64,000 nucleotides of DNA from positions 1 to 64,000 of IMG/VR virus record IMGVR_UViG_3300032224_000591, one strand, 5' to 3'. Shown piece by piece: positions 1-10,045 of this stretch (the stretch's first letter is position 1; each line of letters begins with the position of its first letter). Both the position numbers and the translations under genes were made by a program. This stretch comes from a virus. The notes under the pieces were generated by a model, which ran no database searches, had not been told where the DNA came from, and saw nothing but the letters and a program-made list of their open reading frames with translations.

Positions 1-73
1 TGTGATCGATCTTGTTCGCCAGTACTTCGGCGCAAAGTATATTCGACCTAACTATCTGACGCGTCAAGCCTAA
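1..73 (+). CDS. 3' end of an upstream gene (VIDLVRQYFGAKYIRPNYLTRQA*), possibly a phage S-adenosylmethionine decarboxylase-like protein
   Basis: Frame from nt 2 open to TAA at 71-73; C-terminus recalls phage SpeD-like proteins, but only 23 codons are visible. Confidence 0.3.
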   Translation, partial: VIDLVRQYFGAKYIRPNYLTRQA

Positions 74-83
74 GGAATTTATA

Positions 84-902
84 ATGAGTTTGATTTTCTC
101 TGATTTCGATCAGAATTCTGAAATGTCACAGAAGGCCATTGAAGCTAAACGCATCAATGGACCTGATTACTGGCCTACTATGCAAGAGGTGTTTGCACAC
201 GATTGCGAGACTCTTCCATTTCCACGCTTTCGTCTTTGGGCATCTTGTTGGAACGTTCCACTCATCACCACGGGCCGTGTCGCTAGATTTCTTGGTGCAG
301 CATTTGATGCTGCCTATAAGGATCCAGACATTAGTTATGCTCTAACTGAGAATTGGATTGGCATTCCTGAAGGTATTGAACCCCAGCTAAAGGTTGCTGA
401 TGACTTTAACACCAGCATGCAGCGAGTTCAAGATGTTGCACACCTTGTTATCTGTGGATTCACACCTGAAGAGATTCGTAATTGCAAGAGCATTGTTGAG
501 ATTGGTGGTGGTTATGGGGATATGTGTTCTGTTATCCATGATCTAGGATTCAAGGGTAAGTACACGATCTATGATTTCCCTGAAGTGCAGAAGATTCAGA
601 ACTACTATCTGACTGCACAGGATATTAATGCAAACTTCGTGTCTGATCCGAAGGATCTTGAGCAGGCCGACCTTGTTATTGCTACCTGGTCATTGAGTGA
701 GATTCCGATTGAGTTCCGTGATACTATCATGGAGAAGATCAAGGGTTCTGATAAGTGGCTTGTGATGTATCAGGCTAAGATCTTTGGGACTATCGATAAC
801 ACCGACTATTTCAAGAAGTGGTTTGCAGATCGCGATCCAGTCTTCATGAAGCATAATGTAACCGACGCTGATGGCGATAATACATATATGGTCATTAAAT
901 GA
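84..902 (+). CDS. putative sugar O-methyltransferase (class I SAM-dependent)
   Basis: IVEIGGGYG SAM-binding motif, YTIYDFPEV and DLVIATWSLSE motifs; RBS AAGGA; sugar cluster context. Confidence 0.7.
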   Translation: MSLIFSDFDQNSEMSQKAIEAKRINGPDYWPTMQEVFAHDCETLPFPRFRLWASCWNVPLITTGRVARFLGAAFDAAYKDPDISYALTENWIGIPEGIEPQLKVADDFNTSMQRVQDVAHLVICGFTPEEIRNCKSIVEIGGGYGDMCSVIHDLGFKGKYTIYDFPEVQKIQNYYLTAQDINANFVSDPKDLEQADLVIATWSLSEIPIEFRDTIMEKIKGSDKWLVMYQAKIFGTIDNTDYFKKWFADRDPVFMKHNVTDADGDNTYMVIK

Positions 903-1486
903 ATAATGAAAAAGTAGATCTAGCCATTAGTGATGGGCTTGGCCCGGGTCATACATTTATGGATCTAGATTACTTTACTAAACAAGCTGTAGAGGCAAAC
1001 CCTTCGGGTTTGTTTCTAGAGTTTGGTGTTGCGAGTGGTTTAACTATCAACAAGATGGCTAAAGCATTTCCTGAAATTACCTTTCATGGATTTGACTCAT
1101 TCAAGGGATTACCTGAGCTTTGGCGACCTGAAGTTCCTGAAGGCACATTTGCTTGTGATGTTCCAATAGTCGAAGAAAATGTGAAACTATACATTGGGCT
1201 GTTCCAAGATACACTTCAAGACTTTTTAACTAACAATCCAAGTGATATTAGCTTTGTGCATCTAGATGCGGACCTCTATTCGTCGACTGCATATGTACTA
1301 GAGAAGATGCAGCATCGATTTGTTGAAGGCACTATTGTGGTTCTTGATGAACTGGCCACGTACTCCGGTTATCAAGAGCATGAGTATAAAGCCTTCAATG
1401 AATTTCTAGAGCGCACTAGTTTCGACGTAGACTTCCTTGGTAAGATTCATGAAGAATCTTATGTATTCAAACTTGTGAGGAAATAA
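899..1486 (+). CDS. TylF/MycF-like class I SAM-dependent methyltransferase
   Basis: FLEFGVASG, HGFDSFKGLPE, FVHLDADLYSST and IVVLDE motifs. Confidence 0.8.
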   Translation: MNNEKVDLAISDGLGPGHTFMDLDYFTKQAVEANPSGLFLEFGVASGLTINKMAKAFPEITFHGFDSFKGLPELWRPEVPEGTFACDVPIVEENVKLYIGLFQDTLQDFLTNNPSDISFVHLDADLYSSTAYVLEKMQHRFVEGTIVVLDELATYSGYQEHEYKAFNEFLERTSFDVDFLGKIHEESYVFKLVRK

Positions 1487-1908
1487 TGAAGCCACAACTT
1501 CCATTGCGTGTTGGATTCACATGCAGTGCGTTCGATCTTCTTCATCCCGGCCATATCGAGATGTTGAATGAGTGTAAGAGTCATGTAGACTGGCTTATTG
1601 TCGGTCTACACTCAGACCCAACTATCGATAGGCCCAATGTAAAGAACAAGCCTGTTCAATCCTTGTATGAACGTTTTGTACAGCTTCGTGCCGTTAAGTT
1701 TGTTGATGAGATTATTCCATACGAGACTGAGTATGACCTTATCAATATGCTTGGTATTGAACCTATTACACATAGGTTTGTAGGCATTGAGTATAAGGAT
1801 ACATATATTGTTGGACAGGACATCTGCGAGAATCGCGGTATCAATATTGTCTACAACAGTCGTTTTCATCAATATAGCTCTACGGAGCTTAGGAGCCGTT
1901 TAACATGA
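1486..1908 (+). CDS. cytidylyltransferase-family nucleotidyltransferase (TagD/HldC-like)
   Basis: FDLLHPGH (HxGH), LIVGLHSD, KPVQSLYER, VDEI and SSTELR motifs. Confidence 0.85.
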   Translation: MKPQLPLRVGFTCSAFDLLHPGHIEMLNECKSHVDWLIVGLHSDPTIDRPNVKNKPVQSLYERFVQLRAVKFVDEIIPYETEYDLINMLGIEPITHRFVGIEYKDTYIVGQDICENRGINIVYNSRFHQYSSTELRSRLT

Positions 1909-2492
1909 GTTTTAGTGACCTATATTTCCGTGAAGTGATTGAAATTGCTGAAGCACTTAACAAAGAAAAGGTAGAGATCCTTGCTAACACCCTCGCATCT
2001 ACTCGCGACCTCAGTGAAGGACGCGTTTTTATTCTGGGAGTCGGCGGCTCCGCTGGCAATGCCTCTCATATGGTCAACGATCTACGTAAGCTCTGCGGCA
2101 TCGAAGCTTACTGCCCTACAGATAACGTGTCAGAGCTTACTGCTCGAACAAATGATGAAGGCTTCGACACCGTATTTGAAGGCTATCTCAAAGTCAGCCG
2201 ACTCAACCATAGAGACACCATCTTCATTCTATCCGTCGGCGGAGGTGATGAAGACAGGAATGTGTCAGTAGGCCTTATCAAGGCTATTAAGCTTGCACGT
2301 TCAGTTGATGCCACAATCATCGGCATCGTAGGTAAGAATGACGGTTATACGGCTATCAACGCTGATGCAGTTGTAGTTGTACCACAGCTTGAACCATCAC
2401 GCATCACACCTCACTCTGAAGCGTTTCAGGCGATCATATGGCACTGTCTAGTCTCACACCCAAAGTTACAAATCAACGCTACGAAGTGGTAA
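1905..2492 (+). CDS. gmhA: phosphoheptose (sedoheptulose-7-phosphate) isomerase, SIS domain
   Basis: GVGGSAGNASH, LTARTND, IIGIVGKNDG and HSEAFQAIIWH motifs. Confidence 0.85.
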   Translation: MSFSDLYFREVIEIAEALNKEKVEILANTLASTRDLSEGRVFILGVGGSAGNASHMVNDLRKLCGIEAYCPTDNVSELTARTNDEGFDTVFEGYLKVSRLNHRDTIFILSVGGGDEDRNVSVGLIKAIKLARSVDATIIGIVGKNDGYTAINADAVVVVPQLEPSRITPHSEAFQAIIWHCLVSHPKLQINATKW

Positions 2493-3028
2493 AGAAGGCA
2501 ATCTTCTTCGATCGAGATGGTGTGCTTAATCATCTCGTAGACCATGATGGAGAGATGACCGCTCCTTGGCACATCGATGAGTTTCGATTCATCGAAGGTG
2601 CTGGGGATGCAGTTGAACTAGCTAATGACATGGGTTACATATCTCTAGTTGTTACTAATCAACCAGATGTTTATGATGGTAAGTTGTCTATTCACCACCT
2701 AAAGATGATGATGAAGATGTGCATGCAGTGGCTTAATGCTGCTGATGCATTAGTTGCTTTCGAACGTGGTTCTGCATGGTACAAACCAAACAATGGTATG
2801 ATAGAGACATTGATCCGCGGTTATAACATCGATCGTGGACAATCATATATAATAGGTGACAGATGGAAAGACATCGTCGCCGGTCACAAGAGTAGGTTGA
2901 CTACTATCTATGTGGGTCCAGAACCCTATAGCTCCCCAGAAAAATATCAACACATATATCCAGACCATATCGCAAGCAATGTACTAGAGGCTTGCTTTCT
3001 CATAGCGGAGATGAACCCAGATGATTAA
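2486..3028 (+). CDS. gmhB: D,D-heptose 1,7-bisphosphate phosphatase (HAD IIIA)
   Basis: AIFFDRDGVLN, VVTNQP, KPNNGM and IIGDRWKDIVAG motifs; likely GTG start at 2486 overlapping the gmhA stop. Confidence 0.85.
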   Translation: MVKKAIFFDRDGVLNHLVDHDGEMTAPWHIDEFRFIEGAGDAVELANDMGYISLVVTNQPDVYDGKLSIHHLKMMMKMCMQWLNAADALVAFERGSAWYKPNNGMIETLIRGYNIDRGQSYIIGDRWKDIVAGHKSRLTTIYVGPEPYSSPEKYQHIYPDHIASNVLEACFLIAEMNPDD

Positions 3029-3752
3029 ACTATATGCCGATGGCGCTGATTGGAATGGCATCGTAGATGCTGCTAACGACCCAGATATTAAGGGTTTCAC
3101 CACTAACCCAACACTGATGCGTCAGGCTGGTGTCACAAACTACACTGACTTCTCTACGTTCGCTATCTCATACCTTGCCAAGAATCGTCCTGATACGACT
3201 TTAAGCCTTGAAGTGTTTGCAGATACTCCCTCTGAGATTATTCGTCAGGCTCGCAAGATTAATGATTGGGGTGATGCTGCTGGTTATCCAGTCTATGTGA
3301 AGATTCCTGTTATGTACACTAATGGTGATTCGACTGGCGATCTTATCAAGCAGTTGAGCCATGAAGGCATCAAGCTGAATGTGACCGCCGTGTTCACTGA
3401 AGAGCAGACTAGTGAGATTATCGATAACCTGTTTATCGATACTCCTAGCATCATCTCTATCTTTGCTGGTCGTATCGCTGATGCTGGTCAGGATCCGGAA
3501 TCGATTGTTACCCGCTGTACGATGTTGTATGATGAAGTTCGCGAGCTTGGTGGTAAGACAGAGTTCCTCTGGGCATCTTCACGTGAGGCATATAATATTC
3601 ATCATGCAGCCTGGGCTGGTTGTGACATCATCACAATGACTCCTGACTTGATTAAGAAGGTAAAGGCCTTCGGTAAGGATCTAACGCAGTTCTCACGTGA
3701 GACTTGCCAAATGTTCTATAATGACGCAGTGAAGAGTGGATTTGAACTATGA
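3021..3752 (+). CDS. tal: transaldolase (short TalC/FSA type)
   Basis: GFTTNPTLM, VYVKIP (Schiff-base Lys), LNVTAVF, SIFAGRIAD and LWASSRE motifs. Confidence 0.9.
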   Translation: MIKLYADGADWNGIVDAANDPDIKGFTTNPTLMRQAGVTNYTDFSTFAISYLAKNRPDTTLSLEVFADTPSEIIRQARKINDWGDAAGYPVYVKIPVMYTNGDSTGDLIKQLSHEGIKLNVTAVFTEEQTSEIIDNLFIDTPSIISIFAGRIADAGQDPESIVTRCTMLYDEVRELGGKTEFLWASSREAYNIHHAAWAGCDIITMTPDLIKKVKAFGKDLTQFSRETCQMFYNDAVKSGFEL

Positions 3753-4759
3753 GCTTTGAAGAGAATGAAGTTTCCATTAATGCAAATGGTGGAACCGAGA
3801 TCGCTAAGCGTAAGCTAGCACAGATTATCGATTCTGAATTACTCGATAACTTTCAGATTGTTAGCTCACGTATACGTGATTTGGATCCTACAAAGATTCG
3901 AATCTTCTGGGCACATGACCTTGCTGAAGATCCAGAGTCAAAGAAGTTTCAGGATCGAAGCTTTCAATCAAGCTGGCACAAGTATGTGTTTATCTCTGAT
4001 TGGCAGTATCAGCGTTATCAGCTAGTGCATGGTATTCCATATGATGCTAAGTCAGCTGTTCTTGAGTCTGGTATTGAACCTGCTGATGATAATGTTTTTG
4101 ATATGAAGAAGAGTGAAGATGGTAAGATTCATCTAGTCTATACATCTACGCCACAGCGTGGCCTTGAGATTCTTCTTCCTGTGTTTGAGAAGCTTACAGA
4201 GATTCATCCTGACATTCATCTTGATGTGTTCTCATCGTTTAAGATCTATGGATGGGACGATGCTGATAAGCAGTTTGAGCCTCTCTATGATCGTATTCGC
4301 AACAACCCTAACATGACATATCATGGTTTCGTTCCTAATGCAGACTTGAAGGCACATCTGAATAAGTCACATATCTTTGCCTATCCTTCTATCTGGCTTG
4401 AGACTTCATGCCGTGCAATGCTTGAAGCTATGTCTGCTGGATTAGTGTGTGTCCATCCTAACTTTGGTGCTCTTGCTGAAACATCTGGTGGTCTAAACAT
4501 CATGTATCAGGGTGACTTCGATGATAAGAATGCACATGCTAATATCTTCATCAATCATCTAAACTCTGCTATCAACTTCGTTCGCAATAACGATCATGAA
4601 TCGATGATTAGATTTAATAAGGTGTTTGCCGATTCACGATACAATATCACTCGTGTCAAGAATCAGTGGGAACTTATGCTGCGTGAGTTACTAAGGGAAT
4701 ATCCTACTGTTGAGTCGCGTGCAATCAAGAAGCTTCCCGATATGGTTTACAGGACATGA
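3749..4759 (+). CDS. GT-B glycosyltransferase (GT4-like)
   Basis: GGTE N-terminus, LVYTSTPQRGL, YPSIWLETSCRAMLEAMSAG and GALAET motifs. Confidence 0.85.
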   Translation: MSFEENEVSINANGGTEIAKRKLAQIIDSELLDNFQIVSSRIRDLDPTKIRIFWAHDLAEDPESKKFQDRSFQSSWHKYVFISDWQYQRYQLVHGIPYDAKSAVLESGIEPADDNVFDMKKSEDGKIHLVYTSTPQRGLEILLPVFEKLTEIHPDIHLDVFSSFKIYGWDDADKQFEPLYDRIRNNPNMTYHGFVPNADLKAHLNKSHIFAYPSIWLETSCRAMLEAMSAGLVCVHPNFGALAETSGGLNIMYQGDFDDKNAHANIFINHLNSAINFVRNNDHESMIRFNKVFADSRYNITRVKNQWELMLRELLREYPTVESRAIKKLPDMVYRT

Positions 4760-5748
4760 TTGTAACAAGGACACCGTTACGAGTTAGTTTCTTCAGTGGC
4801 GGTAGTGATATGCCTAACTTCTTCGAGAAGGAGAAAGGTGCAGCACTATCCGTCACTATTGACAAGTACATCTACGTTATGGTCCATAAGACTCCACACC
4901 TTGGTGTGAAGATCATGTATGATACTATTGAGGAGTATCCAGACGTAGAGCAGATGCAGCATGCCATCACGCGTGAGAGCCTTAAGTTCTATGACATTGA
5001 TAGAGAGATTACGATCGCCTCTATTGCTGACATCCTTGCTAAGGGTTCTGGACTTGGCTCATCATCAGCATTTACTATTGGTTTGGTGAACGCCCTTGCA
5101 AATCCGGATCAACATAGTAGTCAGGTATCACGTGAGTATCTTGCACAGCAGGCATATCACATCGAACGTGATTTGTGTAAATATCCTGTAGGCAAGCAAG
5201 ACCAGTACGCGTCAGCATATGGCGGTATGAACCTATTCGAGTTCCATACTGATGGTACGGTTGGTATCCAATCTCTAGCCTACAAGCGTGAGATGTGGAG
5301 CAAACTAGAGGATAGGCTTCTCTTAGTATACTCAGGCAAAGGCCGCAACGCTAACTCGATTCTACAGAAGCAGGCTGCAGCTATGGATGATAGTGCTAAG
5401 TTTGCTCTAGTGCGCCAATCACGTGACAAGGCATACATCGGTGCTAAGTTCATTGAGGATGGAAGACTAGACGACTTCGGCTCACTTCTCCATGATGCAT
5501 GGATGGACAAGAAGGCAGTTGAAACTTCGATTACGAATGAGTACTTCGACGAAATATATACTCGTGCTCTTGCTGCAGGAGCTCTGGGAGGTAAGCTTCT
5601 TGGTGCTGGCGGCGGTGGCTTTTTTCTTTTCTACGTAGACCCTTCCAAGAGAGCTAACGTCATCAACTCTGTAACTAGAGAGACCGCGTGCAAAATCTAC
5701 GACTTCAAGTTCACCTTGGACGGTAGCCGCGTGTCGAGCTACAGTTAA
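4756..5748 (+). CDS. hddA: D-glycero-alpha-D-manno-heptose-7-phosphate kinase (GHMP family)
   Basis: TPLRVSFFSGGSD, GSGLGSSS, GKQDQYASAYGG and GGKLLGAGGGGF motifs. Confidence 0.85.
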   Translation: MIVTRTPLRVSFFSGGSDMPNFFEKEKGAALSVTIDKYIYVMVHKTPHLGVKIMYDTIEEYPDVEQMQHAITRESLKFYDIDREITIASIADILAKGSGLGSSSAFTIGLVNALANPDQHSSQVSREYLAQQAYHIERDLCKYPVGKQDQYASAYGGMNLFEFHTDGTVGIQSLAYKREMWSKLEDRLLLVYSGKGRNANSILQKQAAAMDDSAKFALVRQSRDKAYIGAKFIEDGRLDDFGSLLHDAWMDKKAVETSITNEYFDEIYTRALAAGALGGKLLGAGGGGFFLFYVDPSKRANVINSVTRETACKIYDFKFTLDGSRVSSYS

Positions 5749-5756
5749 TAAATAGA

Positions 5757-5784
5757 TGTACAATCCCACCAGAGATGGTATAAT
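5757..5784 (+). promoter_or_regulatory. early/middle-type promoter TGTACA-N16-TATAAT; late-type AATAAATA just upstream at 5747-5754
   Basis: Same consensus as the promoters at 10.1-12.2 kb; lies upstream of the 5788 and rnh genes. Confidence 0.6.
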
Positions 5785-5787
5785 TAC

Positions 5788-6171
5788 ATGATGCCAGCCA
5801 ATAATATAATAGAGTTCCCTAACAAGAATAAGCTACTTACCGGTAAGCCTAAGGATATGATTGAGGTGACTCTTAATGTCAATCAGATCAGGTTCAACCA
5901 TATCAATGAGACTCTGCAAGCCGTAGTCCCTATGATCTTTAGTAATATCGAGTTAGCTGGGTTCGACTTCATCCCCAATGAGGATGATGAGGATCCAAAC
6001 ATCAAAGACGGAGCATTGCTTGTAGAGTGTCTACGATCCATGCTTTGTAAGCACTACAATATCGAGCATCCTCTCCAGCGCGTAGCTGAGGAGCTGTTCA
6101 TTAGGCAAGATGACGACTCATTCACATTGGCTGACACTCTTGTTATAGACTTCGAGAAAGGAAACGGCTGA
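5788..6171 (+). CDS. hypothetical protein
   Basis: 127-aa ORF after a promoter; NNIIEFP N-terminus common in phage proteins. Confidence 0.7.
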   Translation: MMPANNIIEFPNKNKLLTGKPKDMIEVTLNVNQIRFNHINETLQAVVPMIFSNIELAGFDFIPNEDDEDPNIKDGALLVECLRSMLCKHYNIEHPLQRVAEELFIRQDDDSFTLADTLVIDFEKGNG

Positions 6172-6183
6172 CGCCGCCATATC

Positions 6184-7032
6184 ATGATTATTGTTGACTT
6201 CAACCAAGTGGTACTATCAAATTTGATGATGTCGTTGGGCAACCACACCAACGCACAGATTGAAGAGAATATGGTACGACACATGGTGCTGAATGCACTA
6301 CGTTCGTTTAAGGTAAAGTTTGGTGATGAGTTCGGTGAGCTTGTAGTCGCGTGTGACAACACGAACGTCTGGCGCAAGCAGATCTATCCATACTACAAGG
6401 CCAATCGTAAGAAGAGCCAAGAGAAGTCCGAACTTGATTGGAAGAGCATCTTCGAGTGCCTCAACAAGATTCGCCAAGAGCTCAAGGATAACTTCCCCTA
6501 TCGCATCATCGATGTTGAGTCTGCAGAGGCTGATGACGTCATTGCTACGCTTGTTAAGTACAAGCATGATGAGCAAAACATTATAATCATGTCAGGCGAT
6601 AAAGACTTCATCCAGCTTCATAAGTATGATGGTGTTCAGCAGTACGATCCCGTACGTAAGCGCAAGATCGCACATGATAATCCCAAGCGTTATCTTGTAG
6701 AGCACATCTTGAAAGGTGACTCAGGCGATGGTATACCTAACGTACTTTCTCCTGATAATTGCTTTGTTGTCGGCGAGCGCCAAAAGCCGATGACTGCAAA
6801 GAAGATTGCTCAGTATCTTACTAGCGATCCTTCTACTATTGAAGACCCTATTGTTCTGCGTAACTATCACAGGAACCAACAACTCATCGACTTGAGCTTC
6901 GTTCCTTCATATATAGAGGATAAGGTTCTGGAGCAATATGACTCCCAAAGGGGTAAAGATCGTTCCAAGCTTATGAACTATTTTATCAACAACAAACTTA
7001 AAAACCTTATGGAACATATGTCGGAGTTTTGA
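6184..7032 (+). CDS. rnh: T4-type RNase H / 5'-3' flap exonuclease
   Basis: WRKQIYPYYKANR, EADDVIA, SGDKDFIQL and KGDSGDGIPN motifs. Confidence 0.92.
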   Translation: MIIVDFNQVVLSNLMMSLGNHTNAQIEENMVRHMVLNALRSFKVKFGDEFGELVVACDNTNVWRKQIYPYYKANRKKSQEKSELDWKSIFECLNKIRQELKDNFPYRIIDVESAEADDVIATLVKYKHDEQNIIIMSGDKDFIQLHKYDGVQQYDPVRKRKIAHDNPKRYLVEHILKGDSGDGIPNVLSPDNCFVVGERQKPMTAKKIAQYLTSDPSTIEDPIVLRNYHRNQQLIDLSFVPSYIEDKVLEQYDSQRGKDRSKLMNYFINNKLKNLMEHMSEF

Positions 7033-7033
7033 A

Positions 7034-7471
7034 ATGGGTATGGTAATCGGCATGGCCGAGTTCTTAGAGAATGTATCTAAGCTAAAGAAGAGAGAAGAGA
7101 AGGTAGCGGCTCTTCAGCACAATGATAGTATTCCTCTTCGCACGATTCTTCAGGGTGCGCTGGACCCTAATGTTAAGTGGGCATTGCCTGAGGGTACCCC
7201 ACCTTATACACCAAACACACTAACGGATCAAGAGAGTGTACTCATTCGTGACATGCGAAAGATGACATACTTTATTCAAGGCTTTCATCCTAATCTCAAG
7301 CAGATTAAGCGTGAAGCTATGTTTATCGAGATGCTCGAGAATGTAGCTCCAAAGGATGCACTGCTTCTTTGTTCTATTAAAGACAAGAAGTTGCCTTACA
7401 AAGGTATTACCATTGACATTGTGAAAGAAGCACTTCCAGGATTGATCCCCGATGAGCAAGCAAACGTATAA
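7034..7471 (+). CDS. conserved T4-like phage hypothetical protein downstream of rnh
   Basis: WALPEGTPPY and KREAMFIEMLE motifs; synteny. Confidence 0.75.
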   Translation: MGMVIGMAEFLENVSKLKKREEKVAALQHNDSIPLRTILQGALDPNVKWALPEGTPPYTPNTLTDQESVLIRDMRKMTYFIQGFHPNLKQIKREAMFIEMLENVAPKDALLLCSIKDKKLPYKGITIDIVKEALPGLIPDEQANV

Positions 7472-7682
7472 ATCTATGCGTAAGTACGAATACGAGGATG
7501 CGCCGGTATCACGTGTTCGTATAGATAAGAGTAAGGACCGTAGGGTTGAGAGAGCTCTCAGAGTGAGGAGCATCGAAGAGCTTACGGAGATTGAAGATGA
7601 AGGCCTTGATCCCAACGATGTTGTAGATGACATCTGGCTTGACGAAACATGGGATGACTCCATCGATTGGAAAAAGAAGTAA
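7452..7682 (+). CDS. hypothetical protein
   Basis: 76-aa ORF coupled to both neighbours. Confidence 0.6.
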   Translation: MSKQTYKSMRKYEYEDAPVSRVRIDKSKDRRVERALRVRSIEELTEIEDEGLDPNDVVDDIWLDETWDDSIDWKKK

Positions 7683-7924
7683 TGCCAACCTACAAGTTTC
7701 TAAATAATGATACTGGCGAGGAGCACGAGGACTTTATGAGTATCTCAGCTCTAGATGAATATCTACGTGACAACCCAAACATCACTCAACTCGTTCATGG
7801 TGCTCCGCTTATCCACTCCGGCAGAGGTATGGGTAAGCCTGATAACGGATTCCGTGATTTGCTCAAACATATTAAGAAGGGCAATTCAAAAGGAATTACA
7901 AGGAGCACTATCAACACTCATTGA
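7682..7924 (+). CDS. FmdB-like small protein with degenerate zinc ribbon
   Basis: MPTYKF...TGE N-terminus; ATG overlaps the previous TAA; precedes phoH as in many T4-like phages. Confidence 0.65.
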   Translation: MPTYKFLNNDTGEEHEDFMSISALDEYLRDNPNITQLVHGAPLIHSGRGMGKPDNGFRDLLKHIKKGNSKGITRSTINTH

Positions 7925-7936
7925 AAAGAAGTTCAA

Positions 7937-8683
7937 ATGGATCAGAAAGCAGCCGCAAGATTAACAAGAAAACAGAAGCGCGTCATGCAGCAGGGAAATT
8001 TCAAGGAACCATCATTCAAGCTAACATTTAGGTTAAAGGATGTTCAACCTCTCACTGATAACCAAAGACTCACATTCGACTACTATGACACCGGAAAGAA
8101 CCTCCTCCTTCATGGAATCGCAGGTACCGGCAAGTCCTTCCTCTCCATCTACCTTTCACTGCGCTCAATCCTCTCAGACCAATGTCGATACAAGAAACTT
8201 GTTATCGTTCGTTCCGTCGTCCCAACTAGGGATATGGGATTTCTGCCAGGTAATAACAAGGAGAAAGCAAAGGTATATGAAGCCCCATACCAAGCCATCT
8301 TTAATGAGCTCTTTGATAGAGGTGATGCATATGAGTTTCTCAAAAATAAGAATCTTGTCGATTTCATCAGTACTTCTTTCATACGTGGCATTACTCTCAA
8401 TGATTGCATTATTGTTGTTGACGAGATAGCTAATATGACACTACACGAGTTGGACTCTGTTATCACTCGTGTCGGTAAGAACTGTAAAATCATCTTCTGT
8501 GGCGACTTCAGACAATCTGACTTCACTAAGGAGAATGAACGTAATGGCCTAAAAGACTTTATGAGAATCATCAACAAGATGGACTCATTTGAATTTGTGG
8601 ATTTCGATGAGAACGATATTGTTCGCAGTCGAATGGTGAAGGAATACATCATTGCTAAAACAAGGCTCAACATCGTGGCTTAG
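7937..8683 (+). CDS. phoH: PhoH-like ATPase
   Basis: GIAGTGKS Walker A, RDMGFLPG, FIRGITL, IIVVDE and GDFRQSD motifs. Confidence 0.92.
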   Translation: MDQKAAARLTRKQKRVMQQGNFKEPSFKLTFRLKDVQPLTDNQRLTFDYYDTGKNLLLHGIAGTGKSFLSIYLSLRSILSDQCRYKKLVIVRSVVPTRDMGFLPGNNKEKAKVYEAPYQAIFNELFDRGDAYEFLKNKNLVDFISTSFIRGITLNDCIIVVDEIANMTLHELDSVITRVGKNCKIIFCGDFRQSDFTKENERNGLKDFMRIINKMDSFEFVDFDENDIVRSRMVKEYIIAKTRLNIVA

Positions 8684-9365
8684 GCCTAAGTTCGAACGTG
8701 GAAAGACGTTCGAACACGACTTCCTACACTTTGAAGACTTTGAGGCAAAGATCATCGATGGAAAGCGTTACTATTTTGCCCCAGACGGCAACGCTTATCC
8801 ATCGGTGACTACAGTCCTCGGAGCAAAGAAGGACAAGACCCACCTTGACAAGTGGATCGATCGTGTTGGTAAGGAGCGAGCAGAGCAGATTAAGGTGCAA
8901 GCCGGTAATCGTGGTACTGCAATCCATACTATATGTGAAGAGTACATGCTCAACAAGGATCATTATCCTGAGAACGTGATGCCATCGAACATCATGACGT
9001 TCAAGAACATCAAGCATGTGCTTGATGAACGCATTGGCACAGTGTACGCTATTGAAGCGCCATTGTACTCTGCCGAGCTTCATACGGCTGGACGAACAGA
9101 CTGCATCGCAGAGTTCGATGGCTATATGAGCATCGTTGACTTCAAGACATCGCTAAAGCCGAAGAAGGAGGAGTGGATTACCGACTACTTCCTTCAAGCC
9201 ACGTGCTATGGTGAGATGGCATGCCAGCTATCAAACCGCCTAGAGATTCCTCAGATCGTTGTCATCATCTCTGTCGATGATCAGCCTGAACCGCAGGTGT
9301 TCATCAAGAACCGATATGACTATGTCAAACAGATGCGTGCTACATTCGATGGAACTATCCGATGA
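8652..9365 (+). CDS. PD-(D/E)XK exonuclease
   Basis: YPSVTTVL, RGTAIH, AGRTDCI, IVDFKTS and YFLQATCY motifs. Confidence 0.85.
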   Translation: MLKQGSTSWLRPKFERGKTFEHDFLHFEDFEAKIIDGKRYYFAPDGNAYPSVTTVLGAKKDKTHLDKWIDRVGKERAEQIKVQAGNRGTAIHTICEEYMLNKDHYPENVMPSNIMTFKNIKHVLDERIGTVYAIEAPLYSAELHTAGRTDCIAEFDGYMSIVDFKTSLKPKKEEWITDYFLQATCYGEMACQLSNRLEIPQIVVIISVDDQPEPQVFIKNRYDYVKQMRATFDGTIR

Positions 9366-10045
9366 ATGTGGCTGTCATCACAGGAGCAAAATCGTGGATC
9401 GCTATTGAGACGAAGAAGAAGCTCGAGGCTAATGGTTGGACGGTCGTCATGTGTGATCGTACTGTCATGGACGTTCAGGATCCAATGTCAGTGCGGAAAG
9501 CGTTGAGCAAGATTCTAGCTGATCATGGCCACATCAATGCCATGATCAACGTCGCGGGTGGTATCAGGCTTCCTAACTCGAGTGGCAAAGAGCTGCGCGG
9601 GAACTTCACCACACAGGCACCATCAGAGTTCGCAGAGATCATCGACAAGAACTTCATGAGTGTGGTGAACACCAGCCGTGAGGTGATTCCATACCTCATG
9701 AACACACATGGATCGATCGTCAATGTCGTGTCCACCGCGGCTATCAGAGGAATTCCTCGAATGTCTGCATACTCAGCTGCTAAGGGAGCGGTTCTTGCCT
9801 TCAGCAGAGCCTTAGCACAGGAACTAGGCAGTTGGCAAGTCCGAGTGAACTGTGTATTACCCGGTGTTACAACCAGCCAGTGGAACCCACACGGCCGGAA
9901 TCCGATCAATACCGAGCTATCCCCCCTAGGCCGTATAACCTCACCGGTGGACGTGGCTGGTGCCATTGCATATCTGGTGTCTGAGGATGCTGGCCATACC
10001 ACAGGCGCGTGTGTGGACGTGTCCGGTGGAGTTGCCCTGCACTAG
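9362..10045 (+). CDS. short-chain dehydrogenase/reductase (SDR)
   Basis: AVITGA, NVAG, YSAAK catalytic motif, VRVNCVLPG and PLGR. Confidence 0.85.
   Translation: MNVAVITGAKSWIAIETKKKLEANGWTVVMCDRTVMDVQDPMSVRKALSKILADHGHINAMINVAGGIRLPNSSGKELRGNFTTQAPSEFAEIIDKNFMSVVNTSREVIPYLMNTHGSIVNVVSTAAIRGIPRMSAYSAAKGAVLAFSRALAQELGSWQVRVNCVLPGVTTSQWNPHGRNPINTELSPLGRITSPVDVAGAIAYLVSEDAGHTTGACVDVSGGVALH

Noticed and set aside
8652-9365. Cas4/CRISPR function for the PD-(D/E)XK nuclease
   Set aside because: No four-Cys Fe-S set or array; this is the usual T4-like exonuclease next to phoH
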